Shown here piece after piece: positions 1 to 12,489 of a stretch of DNA of 64,000 nt; the first letter of the stretch is position 1, and each line of letters begins with the position of its first letter. The notes below the pieces were generated by a model. The model saw only the letters and a program-made list of their open reading frames with translations, did not search any database and was not told the origin of the DNA. The stretch is taken from contig OZ024742.1 in the NCBI GenBank assembly GCA_964016885.1, positions 177,816,001 through 177,880,000 on the forward strand. Direction: 5' to 3'. The translations under genes were made by a program, and so were the position numbers. This DNA is from Eledone cirrhosa (Eukaryota).

Positions 1-136
1 ATTCCTCTTCTAGTGTGTCCATGTAGGGGCTCCCAAAGGAGCACTGAGTGCAATGTCAACTCTGGATGTCGGTGAGCATGTCCAGCTAACCTCAGTCTCC
101 TCTGTATGTTCTTTCTTGAACATGGCGGACCGCTGA

Positions 137-176
<40 letters not shown>

Positions 177-318
177 CATTTATGGATGGAACAGGTTATT
201 CTAGTTAGTGAATCATGGTGCCATAAATTAGACCACTCGCCGTTATGCAGATCATCCATTGTAGACGTGGTAACCAGTCATTGATGCCTGGACGGAGTGG
301 AATATTCATTAAAAAAAA

Positions 319-650
319 AGAGGCCTGTCTGGAAACTTTATAATTTTAATCCCGCGAAAACACTATACATATTACAGTGTTCCAGCTTCATCATCCGAAT
401 GTGATGCAAGACCCAGGTGATTTCATCAGGTGTTATTTGCAGAATTAGTTATATAGAAATTGGCAGGCCATGCTAGAATGAAAATCGTTTCTATATTTTC
501 TATTTTCTATTCTCTGTATTCACAAACTATCTGTTCTTATATATAACTAATTCTGAAATTAGCACCTGATAAAATCGCCTAGGTCTTGCATTATATTCGG
601 ATGATGAAGGAGGACCATTGAAATACCTATAGTTTCCAGTCCGGCCTTCT
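319..650. repeat. Imperfect fold-back element (arms ~319-455 and ~540-650), each arm carrying a damaged hammerhead motif; PLE pLTR derivative
   Basis: cttcatcatccgaatgtgatgcaagacccaggtgatttcatcaggtgttatttgcagaattagttatata is the near reverse complement of 540-609. Minus arm reads AACAC-CUGAUGA...GUAA-UAUGUA-UA-GUGUU; plus arm reads CUGAUAA...GAAA-UACCUA-UA. Confidence 0.75.
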
Positions 651-667
651 CTTGTTATTTTTAATAT

Positions 668-890
668 ATTATTATTATTATTATTATTTGCATTCATCTT
701 GCTTTATGTTTATACGAGTTATCACCAAGTCACAACCAGTGACCTCAAGAGACAACAAGGTCCGCCATGTTCAAGAAAGAACACACATATTCACACATGC
801 ATCCTTAGTGTTTAGACTTGTGATGTACTTATATTGACAGGATCTTCCTTAGTATATGGGCAGTTCCCATTAGTACTATCTTTTGTATTT
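668..890 (-). mobile_element. 5'-truncated ~220-bp copy of the adjacent R4/Dong LINE 3' end with its own (TAA)n tail
   Basis: 668-890 is nearly identical to 891-1109 (3' UTR plus last codons ...IQKIVLMGTAHILRKILSI*). Confidence 0.9.
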
Positions 891-3800
891 TTATTATTAT
901 TATTATTTGCATTTATCTTGCTTTATGTTTATACGAGTTATCACCAAGTCACAACCAGTGACCTCAAGAGACAACAAGGTCCGCCATGTTCAAGAAAGAA
1001 CACACATATTCACACATACATCCTTAGTGTTTAGACTTGTGATGTACTTATATTGACAGGATCTTCCTTAGTATATGGGCAGTTCCCATTAGTACTATCT
1101 TTTGTATTTCTCCTATACGCGGGTTTCCTGGGATTTGCGATAAGTAGTCGTTAGACCCCTTAGGTATCATTCCCAGAGCGCCTACAACCACTGGTATTGT
1201 TTTAGTTCTCAATTTCCACATTTTTCCAATTTCTATCTCCAGGTCCTTATACTTGCTCAATTTTTCAAATGTTTTTATAGATACATTCTTGTCTATTGGA
1301 ACAGACATATCAATTAGCAGGCATACCCTCCTTTGAAAGTCCTTCAATATTATATCAGGTCTATTTGCATCTATTTTTCGGTCTGTTTGGATGCTAAAGT
1401 TCCACAAGATTGAGATGTGATCTTTTTCAAGTATGGGAGGTGGTTGATGCTCCCACCAATTCTTTTGATGGGGCAGGTCAAAATGCTTACACATTATCCA
1501 ATGTATGTATTGTGCAGCTCTGTCATGCCTGTTTAGGTATTCGGTTGGAGCTATAGGACTGCACATTGAAATTATATGGTCAATGGTCTCTGGTTGTTTT
1601 TTGCATACACGGCATAATGGGCTGCACCCATTTTTTATTATGTTGGCTTGGTAATTTTTTGTTGGCAGACACTGATCTTGTGCGGATATAATCAGTCCTT
1701 CAGTCTCCGATTTCAGTCCAGAGGATGCCAACCACTGATGGGTTAAAGTTTTGTCAACATCAGGATTGTTAGCTCGCTCTGGGTATTTTCCATACAGAGG
1801 CTTTTCTTGCCATTTCTTAGCCAGTTTCTGTAGCAGTTCTTTCTTTGCAGTTACTTTTACCTGCTTTGCTTTTTCTGTGTTTTCCATTTCAGCAGTAAAT
1901 GGGACTTCTGAAATTTGTAGTCCATTACTGTATCTTTGTGCATCTTTTGTAATGGAATATGATCTTTTGGTGCTTTCGTGTTTCAAAACGAGTTTGATCA
2001 TCCAATCATGTGATTCCCTTAGATATGTGGATAATCCAATTGTTGCAGTTTTCAACGCAATGTCTAACTGGATTAACCCACGTCCTCCTTCTTTCCTAGG
2101 GAGATATATTCTATCTATGTCTGCCTTAGGGTGATGCATTCTGTGCATGGTTAAGAATTTTCTAATTTTTGTATCGCGCCTCCGGATCTCTGTGCTTGAC
2201 CAGTTGATGACATTGTAACTGTAGGTTACTACTGGTATGGCAAGCGTGTTTATGGCATCGATCCTATTCCTTGCATTCAATTCCGTTCTTAAGATTGCTC
2301 TTACTCTGCGGTAACATTCCTTCCTTATCCTTTCCCTCATTATCGAGTGATTGATTCCGTCTCCTTCACAAACACCTAGATATTTGTAAGTTCTCTTATC
2401 ACATTCCCCCGATCAATATTAATGTCTGATCTTTTCAGCAGCTTTCCTCTGGTGAACGTTGCTTTGGCGCATTTATCTAGTCCAAACTCCATTTTAATGT
2501 CATCAATGAACTGCTCCACAGTGGATAATATCCCTTGCAATTGTTCATCATTTTTTGCAAATAGTTTCAGGTCATCCATGTAGAACAAGTGATTAATGGT
2601 TTTGTCATAGACTTTATATCCATGTTTTGTTTCATTGAGCATTTTACTTAATGGTATAAGTGCGATGCAGAATAAAAGCGGTGATAAAGAGTCACCCTGA
2701 AAAATTCCACAATTAATATTAACTTCTCCAGCTTTCAGTAATTTTGTTTCACTATTCAAAAGGAGTGTCGTTTTCCATGTCTTCATACTGAATGACAAGA
2801 ACCTCCTGACAACGGGAGATATTTTGAAAATCTCTAAACATTTGTCAATCCAACTGTGTGGCAAACTATCGAATGCTTTTTTATAATCTATCCAAGCAAT
2901 TGATAGATTTGTGTGTCTATTATGACAATCTTCCAGTATCATTTTGTTAACCAAAGGCTGATCCTTACAGCCTTATGAGCCTCGTTTACACCCTTTCTGC
3001 TCATTGGGATATACGTCATTTGTTATCAGGTGTTCATATGTATATTCAGTTAGGACTGATGTTAAAATGTTATACATTGTGGTCAAGCAAGTTATCGGTC
3101 TGTAATTTTGGCATTGTCTGTCTCATCATTCTTCGGAAGCAGGAATGTAATGCCGTTAACTAGCCATGATGGTATCTTTTCTGGCTCCTTAACTATTTCA
3201 TTGTAAAGTTGGGCTAACAGCTCATGAGACTCTGTGAAGGCATTTATCCAAAAATTTACTATTTTGTCTTTTCCTGGGGATTTCCATTTGCTTGTTTTTT
3301 TAAGAGACAAACGCAACTGTTCAACTGTTATATTTTCCCATATTTGTTCCTCAAGGTGAGCTGTATCTTTCATTTGTCTTTCTATCCATGGTGCATGTAT
3401 ATTATGAAATTTTTCTTCGGCCCAGATCTTTTCCCAGAATTCTTGCACTTCCTCCTTGGGTGGTATTGATTTAGCAGTTATTGTTCACTTGCCAATTTTT
3501 CTGTAAAAGTTTCTTTGGATGTTTTTGAACATATTATTGTCCTTATAGAATCTAGATCGTTTTCAAAGCGCCTTATAGGAGCAGCTTTGGCCGACACTTT
3601 TTGCTTGATTATTTCTATCAGCATGTCTATGTCACTTGTTGATTTTATACTGTATTTTCTTTTCAATTTTCTAAGTTTAGTTTGTTTAACATGTTCACCT
3701 ACTTTGTAGTTTGTTAACATTTCTATGTCAGATCGGAGAAGGTTTATTTGGCGATTGATGTTCTCTTGCCAAGTGCATTTCTTGTGGGAATTCCTTTGTT

Positions 3801-4850
3801 TTTTCATTTTCACTCCACATAAGTGAGTGGTGACTTTAGCCGTAGCATAATAGAGATGATTTAAATCAGTAATGTTTAGTTTGTTTGTGATGATAATGTT
3901 TTTGTGAATTATGTTAGTCTTGTGTATTATCTTTCGGTTCTGTTTGGAGTTCTGGATCTTAGGGAGGGTGTCTCGTTCCCCCATGTCAGATTCTTTCATT
4001 TTCATCCTTTCGATCATAATTTCATCCTTCATGTTGGCAAGTTCATTCTCATTCATTTCTTTATCATTTACGATCTCATTGTTTTCATTTTGAGTTTCAT
4101 CTTGAGCATGCACTCCCTCCACTTTTTCGATCCTTTCTTTAATTTGTTCTATCGTCAGTGATTCCGCCCCAACTCTGGGATTCGAAGTGTTATAATTTAC
4201 CTCGTTTTCACTGACACATGTTTCATATTCCCTTCGCTGACTTTGTGCTAATAGCTTGATCTGATCAATTTCTATATCAGTTAGTAACTTTTTTTTCACA
4301 ATATTTCTTCGTATATTGGCTAGTTTGTTACTGTCAATATAGCCTCTGTTTTCAGGATGTTTCTTTTTCCAGTTGATATGTGTCTGTTCTGTATTCGATG
4401 TATTTGATGGGTAGTACATGGCAATGTAGAAAGCCTCAAGGACATCTTTATTATCTTCCCTTGGCCATTTTTCTCTCTTTTTCTTTGGATTTCTTGGTGG
4501 TGAGCATGGAGGGCCAACAGTAGGAGTATTCCGGTTATGGACGGTCTCCAGCTCCGAAGTCATGGGAAGGTTTGAACCATTAGCTGACTTTTTTCGACCC
4601 CAGTCTGGTTCCTCTCTGAGGGACGCGGCCCTTTTTGACCCGGGTGACGGCCGATCAGGTATGAAATTTTATCATTTGACATTTACTTTATTTTGTCGCG
4701 TTTTATCCTTATCCGCCAAGGGTTAATCAATTCGTGTTACAACTTCTAGGACGAGTGTCAACCAAGACTAGAGGGGTCGTCCTCCCCAAGAGACACGGCT
4801 ATTCCCCGCCAGCCGCCATCCCGGTATTTCTTGGTCACGGGGTTTTCTTT
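891..4850 (-). mobile_element. Near full-length R4/Dong-clade non-LTR retrotransposon (RT plus C-terminal restriction-like endonuclease) with (TAA)n tail
   Basis: N-terminal REKWPREDNKDVLEAFY motif; RT motifs DYKKAFDS, GIFQGDSLSP and FYMDD; CRVC-x7-H-x4-C knuckle; RHD; RPDII..D..KLSKY RLE; (TTA)n at 891-908. Confidence 0.9.
1048..4563 (-). pseudogene. Frameshifted single ORF of the R4/Dong element (pieces 4563-3478, 3448-3092, 2954-2376, 2340-1048)
   Basis: Consecutive minus-strand ORF fragments give N-domain, RT and RLE in canonical order, broken by several frameshifts. Confidence 0.9.
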
Positions 4851-5395
4851 TTTGTTGTTTTTTAAATTGTTATTATCATGAGTGGTTCCTTAATGTGAGC
4901 ATTGCGTGGCTTAAGAATGAAATTATTAATAATATAATATACTTTTTGCTGAAGTTGCCTGTTATTGTTGTTGGCTATGACGGTGGTGGTGCTGGGGCTT
5001 TTTCTATTGTTGGTGGGGAAGGGGGGAGCCATCAGTGCCATAGTCGTTGACATTTGACGAAGTCACTAAGTCGATCTATTTATATTTTTTACTCGCCTCT
5101 CCCTTGTCTAGTCATACCGCCACCTTCCCCTTTCTTAAGTTAACAGAAGGTAATGAGGGAATAGTGGTGGTAGTAATGAAGGAGTGGTAGCGGCGCTGAT
5201 GGGATAGTGGTAGCAATGATGGATGGAGTGGTGGCGGTGGTGACTATAGTGATGGCGTTGTCGTTACTGAGTTTTGTTTAATAGACTGTAGTTTGTTTAT
5301 CTGTGTATCTATGCGGTTTGTCGCGTATGTTTAACATATGTGTTGACATATATTCTTAATATTTGAATTAAACATTTTGAGAAAACTTGAGACAC

Positions 5396-5472
5396 AATAA
5401 TAATTGTTTCTACTTTAGGCACAAGGCCAGCAATTACCCAGTGCACTACTGGTACTTTATTTTATCGACCCC
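5396..5472 (-). mobile_element. 3' fragment of the young Nin-domain SINE
   Basis: ataattgtttctactttaggcacaaggccagcaatt...ggtactttattttatcgacccc matches the full copies at 47470 and 56136. Confidence 0.8.
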
Positions 5473-5875
5473 AAGGTTTCTTTCCTTAGGTTTTATCCTA
5501 ACTGTTATGGTTTTGTCGGTGTTTTTGCATTTAACTAGGTGTTTCTTAAATGAGGAAGCGTTAGTATTGAGCTGTTCTTTTATTCTTATGTGGATTGGTC
5601 TGGTGGTGCCGCCGTAGAAGTTGCTGCATTTGTCGTTAGAACAGCTCAATACTAATTCTTCCTCATTTAAGAAACACCTAGTTAAATGCAAAAACACCTA
5701 CAAAACCATAACAGTTAGGATAGAAACTAAGGATAGAAACCTCGGCAATCTTAGAAGGAAGCACTAATTATAGACAAACACAACCACCAATCAATAATAG
5801 ACTAGAACTCAACACCCAATTTATAACTTGATAGAGCATCTAACCCCATATTTACACACACACCCCCTTCCACAC

Positions 5876-5912
<37 letters not shown>

Positions 5913-6378
5913 TACACCTCCACTTATTCTCTCTCTCACACACACATACACACACAAAGACCAGTTCTAACACGAGATAACATCTATCCCCCACATTTAC
6001 GTATAGACATATCTTCTCACACTCACACACACACACACACACATACTTACACCTCACACATTCTCCCACACACTTAAACAGGCATGTACAAAAAAACTCT
6101 TTTAAAGGGAGACTACTCTTTATCCACCTAACCTTAACTCTTTGACATTAGAGATAGAATAGATACTCTATACCATTTCCTGTCAGCAAAACTTGGCAGC
6201 AATTTAGAACACTGGTTTAACCGCTTTACTTCCCTCCGAAGATGAGATATTATCTCGAAAATTAAGGACATTTAAATAAATCTAAGGTGAAAGACTAATT
6301 GTCAACAATATCTTTTGTGTTTGCATTCTTTATTCTATGTCCATGCCTGCATTGTTTTGGCTTTATTTATATACCAAC

Positions 6379-6380
<2 letters not shown>
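5471..6380. mobile_element. Short Penelope-like remnant: inverted GIY-YIG fragment followed by a plus-strand 3' region/pLTR ending in (TA)n
   Basis: Minus frame reads CSNFYGGTTRPIHIRIKEQL..SSFKKHLVKC (YIG..R..EH like). 5471-5579 is the inverse of 5638-5746. Degenerate hammerhead CCGAAGA-U-GAGAUA/UAUCUC-GAAA-AU-UA at ~6230-6269. Confidence 0.75.
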
Positions 6381-6939
<559 letters not shown>

Positions 6940-7035
6940 ATTGAGGTTGGTAATGGCACATGGAATATATAAGAGACAGAATACTTTTTTGTGAAAAAAC
7001 ATAATTTTATAAGGTAAGGAAATAATAAAGGGTAT

Positions 7036-7086
7036 AAAAAATGACCGGTTTCGATGGGTCTGCAAAAGCCATCTTTTCAAATGTTG
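7036..7086 (-). ncRNA. Minimal type I hammerhead ribozyme, U3-A8 core variant (pLTR copy 1)
   Basis: UUGAAAA-GAUGG..CCAUC-GAAA-CCGG-UC; palindromic stem III ACCGGU; weak stem I. Confidence 0.65.
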
Positions 7087-7357
7087 ATTAATATTAAGAA
7101 AAATTAATAATACGAAGAGTTAAAATTTGAGACTTGAAAATTCAAGTATAAAATTCATTGTGGGATTTCATAGCAGTTTTCATCTAGGTAGCAACAACAG
7201 GTTGACTGCTGTGTCCCTTTCTGGTAGTGAATGAGAAGTTATTTGGGGTGTGGGTTATTTTATAAAGGTCAGATTTAGCAATAGCCAGCTGCTGGTCAGT
7301 GAGGGGGTGGAAGCAATATACACACACATACCTTCATCCACACATACATACACATAC

Positions 7358-7398
<41 letters not shown>

Positions 7399-7459
7399 CA
7401 CACATACATACACACACACATACATATACATACACACACACACACACATATATACACAT

Positions 7460-7520
<61 letters not shown>

Positions 7521-7559
7521 TATATATACATACACATACATCCAGATACACACATACAT

Positions 7560-7592
<33 letters not shown>

Positions 7593-7609
7593 CACACATA
7601 TATATATAT

Positions 7610-7669
<60 letters not shown>

Positions 7670-8219
7670 CCCCACACATACATACACACACACATATATA
7701 TATATACATACACACATACAAACATACACACACACACACACACACATATATATACACACATACACACACATATATATACACACACACACACACACACATG
7801 CATATATATATATATATACACATACGCATACATCCAGATACCCACATACATACACACACACACACACACACGCACACACAATACATACATCCACATGCAC
7901 ACACATACTCACACACACACACACACACATACATACACCCACACACAGAGAAATGGCCTTCAAATATATATATATATATATACATACAGACACATATATT
8001 TTTTCCATAATATAAGAAGTTGGGGCAGTGAAATTAAAATAATTCTGTGTGCGCATATATACATAGATATACGTGTGTGCACGTGCAGGGTTTAACATGG
8101 ATGTGTTGGTCACACAAAGGCATGGTCTGTCAATGAATAAACCTGATTCTACAGAATTGGTCTCTGGTCTTTAATAGTAGTGATTCCGTGCGTATGTGTG
8201 TTTATATTTTATGACAATT

Positions 8220-10487
8220 CTATTGGGGTGATAACCCGTTTAGTTTTGGTTTAAATTTGTTAAGGAATAGATTTTCTTTGTTTATTCTTTGTTGTTGTGT
8301 GAACGAATCTGAGCACTTGTAGAAGGGGAAGATTTTAAAGTTGGGTAGTGTCATTCCTGCGCAGTTCGCAATATGGCTGCTCAAGGGGATTTTTCTTGTG
8401 TTAGCGTCCCGGATTTGTTGGCGGTGGATGGTCATTCTTTTGCGTAATGAGGTGCCCGTCTGTCCTATGTAGTTGTGTTTGCACCCACCGCAAGTTATTG
8501 CGTAAATCAAGTTCTCCGAGTTGCAGGTGAAATTGTTTTTTACTGTAAATGTTTGGCCATCTTTGAATGTAAATGTTTGTCCTTCAGTGAGGTAGAGGCA
8601 CGTTCCACAGTTTGTTCTACCACATTTGGTAACTGTAGGGTTGAGGATTGGTTTGGGTATATTTGGTCCAGTGAGAATGCGTTTAAGTGATTTGGGTTGT
8701 CTTTTACTTTTAAGGATCTTGTCTGTTTCAAGAATAGACTTCATTTTTACATCTTTAAGTAGGATGGGGAGGTTTTTGTGTAGGTGATCAAACATTTCGG
8801 TATTTCTGGGGTTGAAAGTGGATACATATGGCAGGGTGTTGAGTGTGGTTTTCTGTTTTGGATTGTTAAGTTGATGGGGATTTAGGTGTTTTGCCCTGTC
8901 TATTCCATTGTTGATTATTTCAAGTGGAAAGGCTCTTAAGTCTTTTAGTTCCTTTAGTCTTTGCTCCCGTTTAGGTGGATCTGATACTATGGTACATATA
9001 CGTTTGGCCAAATTGTAAGGAATGTTAAGTTTTGTATGTTTTGGGTGACTTGATGTGAAAAAGAGGTATTGCTTGGAATCTGTGGGTTTATAGAATATAT
9101 CTGTATCTAATTTCCCGTCTATTACAGAGATGAGAATATCCAAGAAGGCTAATTCCTTAGGATTGGATTCCATTGTGAATTGTATGTTATTATCTATGTT
9201 GTTTATCATGTTTTTAAACGTAGTAAGTGAGTTCATGTCTTCTTGCCATAGGATAAAGCAGTCGTCTAGATATCTTTTCCAATTGGCTTTGAGGTGTGTG
9301 TGGAAAGAGTCTCCAAATAAGAGAAGGGACTGACTGTATATTTGTTGTTCATGGAATCCCATGACTAGGTTGGCATATGTGGGTGCTACTTTCGTGCCCA
9401 TTGCCGTACCTGATACTTGTCTGTATGTTGAACCATTGAATGTGAAGTAGTTATTTTGTAGGATAAAGCGGAGTCCGTCAGTGATAAAATCTGTGTTGAT
9501 GCGTGTCGGTATTTCTGATGGGTGTGTGTTAAGCCAGTATTGGACTGCTGTTATTCCATAGTTGTGAGGTATGTTTGTGTAGAGGTTTATTACGTCAAAG
9601 GAGACAAGAATTGTATTTGCACTTACTGTTTTAGGGAGGTGTTTCAGCATGTCAAGGTCATCTCGTATGTAGCTCTGTATATGTTGTAGAAAGGGTTTCA
9701 GTAGGATGTCCAGAAATTTGCTAAGTCTGTGGGTTTCACATGTAGGGCCTGCTATAATTGGCCTGAGTTTTAGGTCTTCTGGTGGTGTTAGTTCAATGTA
9801 ATTGTTGGTTGAGGTGTCACATGCATCGTTTATGGGTTTACATTTGTGAAGTTTCGGTAAGCCGTAAAAAGAGCTTGTATTGCATTTGAAGTGGCTTATA
9901 TAGTTAAACTCTTTTGTGGTTAAGCTGTTGCGGTATTTATTCAGTAAGGTCAAAAGGTTCCCCATTGTTTTGGTGTGTTTGTAGTTTTCTGTTTTTTCAT
10001 AGTATGTGTTGTTTTCTAAAATGTTAAGTGCGAGGGTCCTATAGTAGTCCGTATTCATAATCACAACAGTACTGCCTTTATCGGCTTCTTTGATAGTTAT
10101 CTCAGGGTTGTTTCTAAGTGTGAATAATTCTTCCCATTCGTGTGTAGATAGGTTTGATTTCGTGTGTTTATTTGTAATTGTTTCATAGGGAAAGTTGGTG
10201 ATGTGTTCGTAGTACGTGTCCAGTGCTTTATTTCTTCCCTTTTGTGGGCAGAAATTGCTTTTATTTCTAACCAGTGATTCGTCTTCAGTGTTGGTGTCGT
10301 TGTGGAAGAATTCCGTTAGTCGCAGCTTTCGGCAGTATTCCATGATGTCATCCTTCATTTCGGGGAAGTTTGGTTTACGTGGTGTAGGTGTAAATTTCAG
10401 GCCCTTACTTAAAATGTTGATTTGTGTGTTGGTTAGAGGTGTCTTTGAAAGGTTGATTATTTTTGGTTTCTCCTGAGGGGGGGCCAT
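8220..10487 (-). CDS. PLE ORF2: reverse transcriptase plus Cys-rich linker plus GIY-YIG endonuclease (755 aa)
   Basis: LSKGLKFTP, ADKGS, FYGLPKLHK, LRPII, SFDVINLYTNI, GTAMG, RYLDD, FLDI, YKPTD..YL...SSHP, NLIYAITC..C..NYIGQT..R..H, E..LN. Confidence 0.95.
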   Translation of the reverse strand: MAPPQEKPKIINLSKTPLTNTQINILSKGLKFTPTPRKPNFPEMKDDIMEYCRKLRLTEFFHNDTNTEDESLVRNKSNFCPQKGRNKALDTYYEHITNFPYETITNKHTKSNLSTHEWEELFTLRNNPEITIKEADKGSTVVIMNTDYYRTLALNILENNTYYEKTENYKHTKTMGNLLTLLNKYRNSLTTKEFNYISHFKCNTSSFYGLPKLHKCKPINDACDTSTNNYIELTPPEDLKLRPIIAGPTCETHRLSKFLDILLKPFLQHIQSYIRDDLDMLKHLPKTVSANTILVSFDVINLYTNIPHNYGITAVQYWLNTHPSEIPTRINTDFITDGLRFILQNNYFTFNGSTYRQVSGTAMGTKVAPTYANLVMGFHEQQIYSQSLLLFGDSFHTHLKANWKRYLDDCFILWQEDMNSLTTFKNMINNIDNNIQFTMESNPKELAFLDILISVIDGKLDTDIFYKPTDSKQYLFFTSSHPKHTKLNIPYNLAKRICTIVSDPPKREQRLKELKDLRAFPLEIINNGIDRAKHLNPHQLNNPKQKTTLNTLPYVSTFNPRNTEMFDHLHKNLPILLKDVKMKSILETDKILKSKRQPKSLKRILTGPNIPKPILNPTVTKCGRTNCGTCLYLTEGQTFTFKDGQTFTVKNNFTCNSENLIYAITCGGCKHNYIGQTGTSLRKRMTIHRQQIRDANTRKIPLSSHIANCAGMTLPNFKIFPFYKCSDSFTQQQRINKENLFLNKFKPKLNGLSPQ

Positions 10488-11722
10488 CGAGTATCCTGGT
10501 ATTTTAGGCTTTTCCCTAAAAAAGGAATGTAGTTTTGTGTGTGATTATATTTTGTTGGTCTGTTGCGTGTGGGTCTGTAGCTTGTTGTTTCATGAGGGTG
10601 AATGTGATGGTGGGGGTGGTATGTGTTGTGGTTGTTGATGAGCAAGGGTTCTGTTGTTGGTTCATGTGGTCTGGGTGCGTTATTTCTGTGGTACAGAGTG
10701 TTGAGGCTGGGGGGTTGTCTTTTGTTGGATTGAGGGTGATGTCTGGTGTGGTTGTGGGTAAGTTCTGTTGTGATTTCAAGTGGCCTGGGTGGATTTCTTC
10801 TGAGGAATGTGGTGTGTGTGTTGCGAGTTGGATCTATGTTATTTCGTCGTTGGTTTATGTAGGGGGCATTTCTACGGAAACCTGTGTTGTGGTGGTTGGG
10901 TGTGTTTCTTTTGGTGTAGTTGGCCGTATTTGGTTTGTGTTGGTGGGGGATGTGCCTGTGGTTAGTGTGTGTTGGGTTTGGTGGTGTAAATGTGTCTGTT
11001 GTAGTTCTTGTTATGTTCAAATGCTTTATAAAGGGGTTACCTGTTTGGTGCGTCCTTTTAAAGTCTTCTTCATATTTGAGGAACCAGTTTTCGGATTTTT
11101 CCCACCGTTTAAGGGAAATAGTTTCTGCATTCTCGCAGTCCTGTTTCCACGATTTGATTAAATTTTGTAGGGTTGTTCCCTCGGCCTTTTTAGTGCATTC
11201 TTCCTCCATATTTTTATCAGTATCCTTATACTCTTGCTCGTTTGAGGTGGCCCTTAATTTTAGGAGTTCTATTTCCATGTTTATCCTGTTGAGTGACATT
11301 TGTTCACGGAGTTTTCTTTCTGGTTCAGGTTCGTTTGTAATATGCTTTATTTGGAATTTACGTGGTAAAACTATCGGTGTTGAGTTAATCCATTTTTGGT
11401 AAATTCCAGCTTTGTTGAGGTTTTTTATCATATTCCAGAAAGTGAATTTTCTGGTTTTTAGATGTTTTTTCCAGAGGTGTCCCATTTGGTTTTTGATATG
11501 GAGCAATGTCGTTTGTTCTGTGTTGGTATTCATAAGTTTTTCGATGGAGTTGCATACGTTTTGAACGTTTAAATAAATTTGGTTGTCAGTCGGTGTGGTG
11601 GTTTGGGGTATATCCTGTTTTTTTGTCAGAATGGTGAGTTTTCCATTTATCTCTTTTAGGATTTTCAGGATTTCCTCATTGATATTGGAGTTTGAAGTGG
11701 TGTTGTCTTGTTCCAGTGCCAT
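10457..11722 (-). CDS. PLE ORF1 (421 aa): helical, coiled-coil-like N-terminal half and basic His/Thr/Pro/Asn-rich disordered tail; putative nucleic-acid chaperone
   Basis: Uninterrupted ORF starting ~25 nt after the pLTR end and overlapping ORF2 in the -1 frame. Function is inferred from composition only. Confidence 0.8.
   Translation of the reverse strand: MALEQDNTTSNSNINEEILKILKEINGKLTILTKKQDIPQTTTPTDNQIYLNVQNVCNSIEKLMNTNTEQTTLLHIKNQMGHLWKKHLKTRKFTFWNMIKNLNKAGIYQKWINSTPIVLPRKFQIKHITNEPEPERKLREQMSLNRINMEIELLKLRATSNEQEYKDTDKNMEEECTKKAEGTTLQNLIKSWKQDCENAETISLKRWEKSENWFLKYEEDFKRTHQTGNPFIKHLNITRTTTDTFTPPNPTHTNHRHIPHQHKPNTANYTKRNTPNHHNTGFRRNAPYINQRRNNIDPTRNTHTTFLRRNPPRPLEITTELTHNHTRHHPQSNKRQPPSLNTLYHRNNAPRPHEPTTEPLLINNHNTYHPHHHIHPHETTSYRPTRNRPTKYNHTQNYIPFLGKSLKYQDTRWPPLRRNQK
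10517..10523 (-). promoter_or_regulatory. Candidate -1 ribosomal frameshift slippery heptamer U_UUU_UUA
   Basis: In phase with ORF1 codons 401-402. The -1 frame reads REKPKIPGYS-MAPPQ.. straight into ORF2. Confidence 0.65.
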
Positions 11723-11889
11723 TTTCCGGATTTGCGTAGGTTAGTATATATGAAAAGTGTAATTTTCTACACAAAACGAAGGTTATAGAGAAAATTGAGG
11801 TTGGTAATGGCACATGGAATATATAAGAGACAGAATACTTTTTTGTGAAAAAACATAATTTTATAAGGTAAGGAAATAATAAAGGGTAT

Positions 11890-11940
11890 AAAAAATGACC
11901 GGTTTCGATGGGTCTGCAAAAGCCATCTTTTCAAATGTTG
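11890..11940 (-). ncRNA. Same hammerhead, pLTR copy 2
   Basis: Identical to 7036-7086. Confidence 0.65.
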
Positions 11941-12211
11941 ATTAATATTAAGAAAAATTAATAATACGAAGAGTTAAAATTTGAGACTTGAAAATTCAAG
12001 TATAAAATTCATTGTGGGATTTCATAGCAGTTTTCATCTAGGTAGCAACAACAGGTTGACTGCTGTGTCCCTTTCTGGTAGTGAATGAGAAGTTATTTGG
12101 GGTGTGGGTTATTTTATAAAGGTCAGATTTAGCAATAGCCAGCTGCTGGTCAGTGAGGGGGTGGAAGCAATATACACACACATACCTTCATCCACACATA
12201 CATACACATAC

Positions 12212-12252
<41 letters not shown>

Positions 12253-12315
12253 CACACATACATACACACACACATACATATACATACACACACACACACA
12301 CACATATATACACAT

Positions 12316-12374
<59 letters not shown>

Positions 12375-12405
12375 TATATATACATACACATACATCCAGA
12401 TACAC

Positions 12406-12489
<84 letters not shown>

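Noticed and set aside
4690-4850. GC-rich 5' UTR of the R4/Dong element as an HDV-like ribozyme
   Set aside because: Hairpins are present but I could not assemble the nested double pseudoknot by eye.
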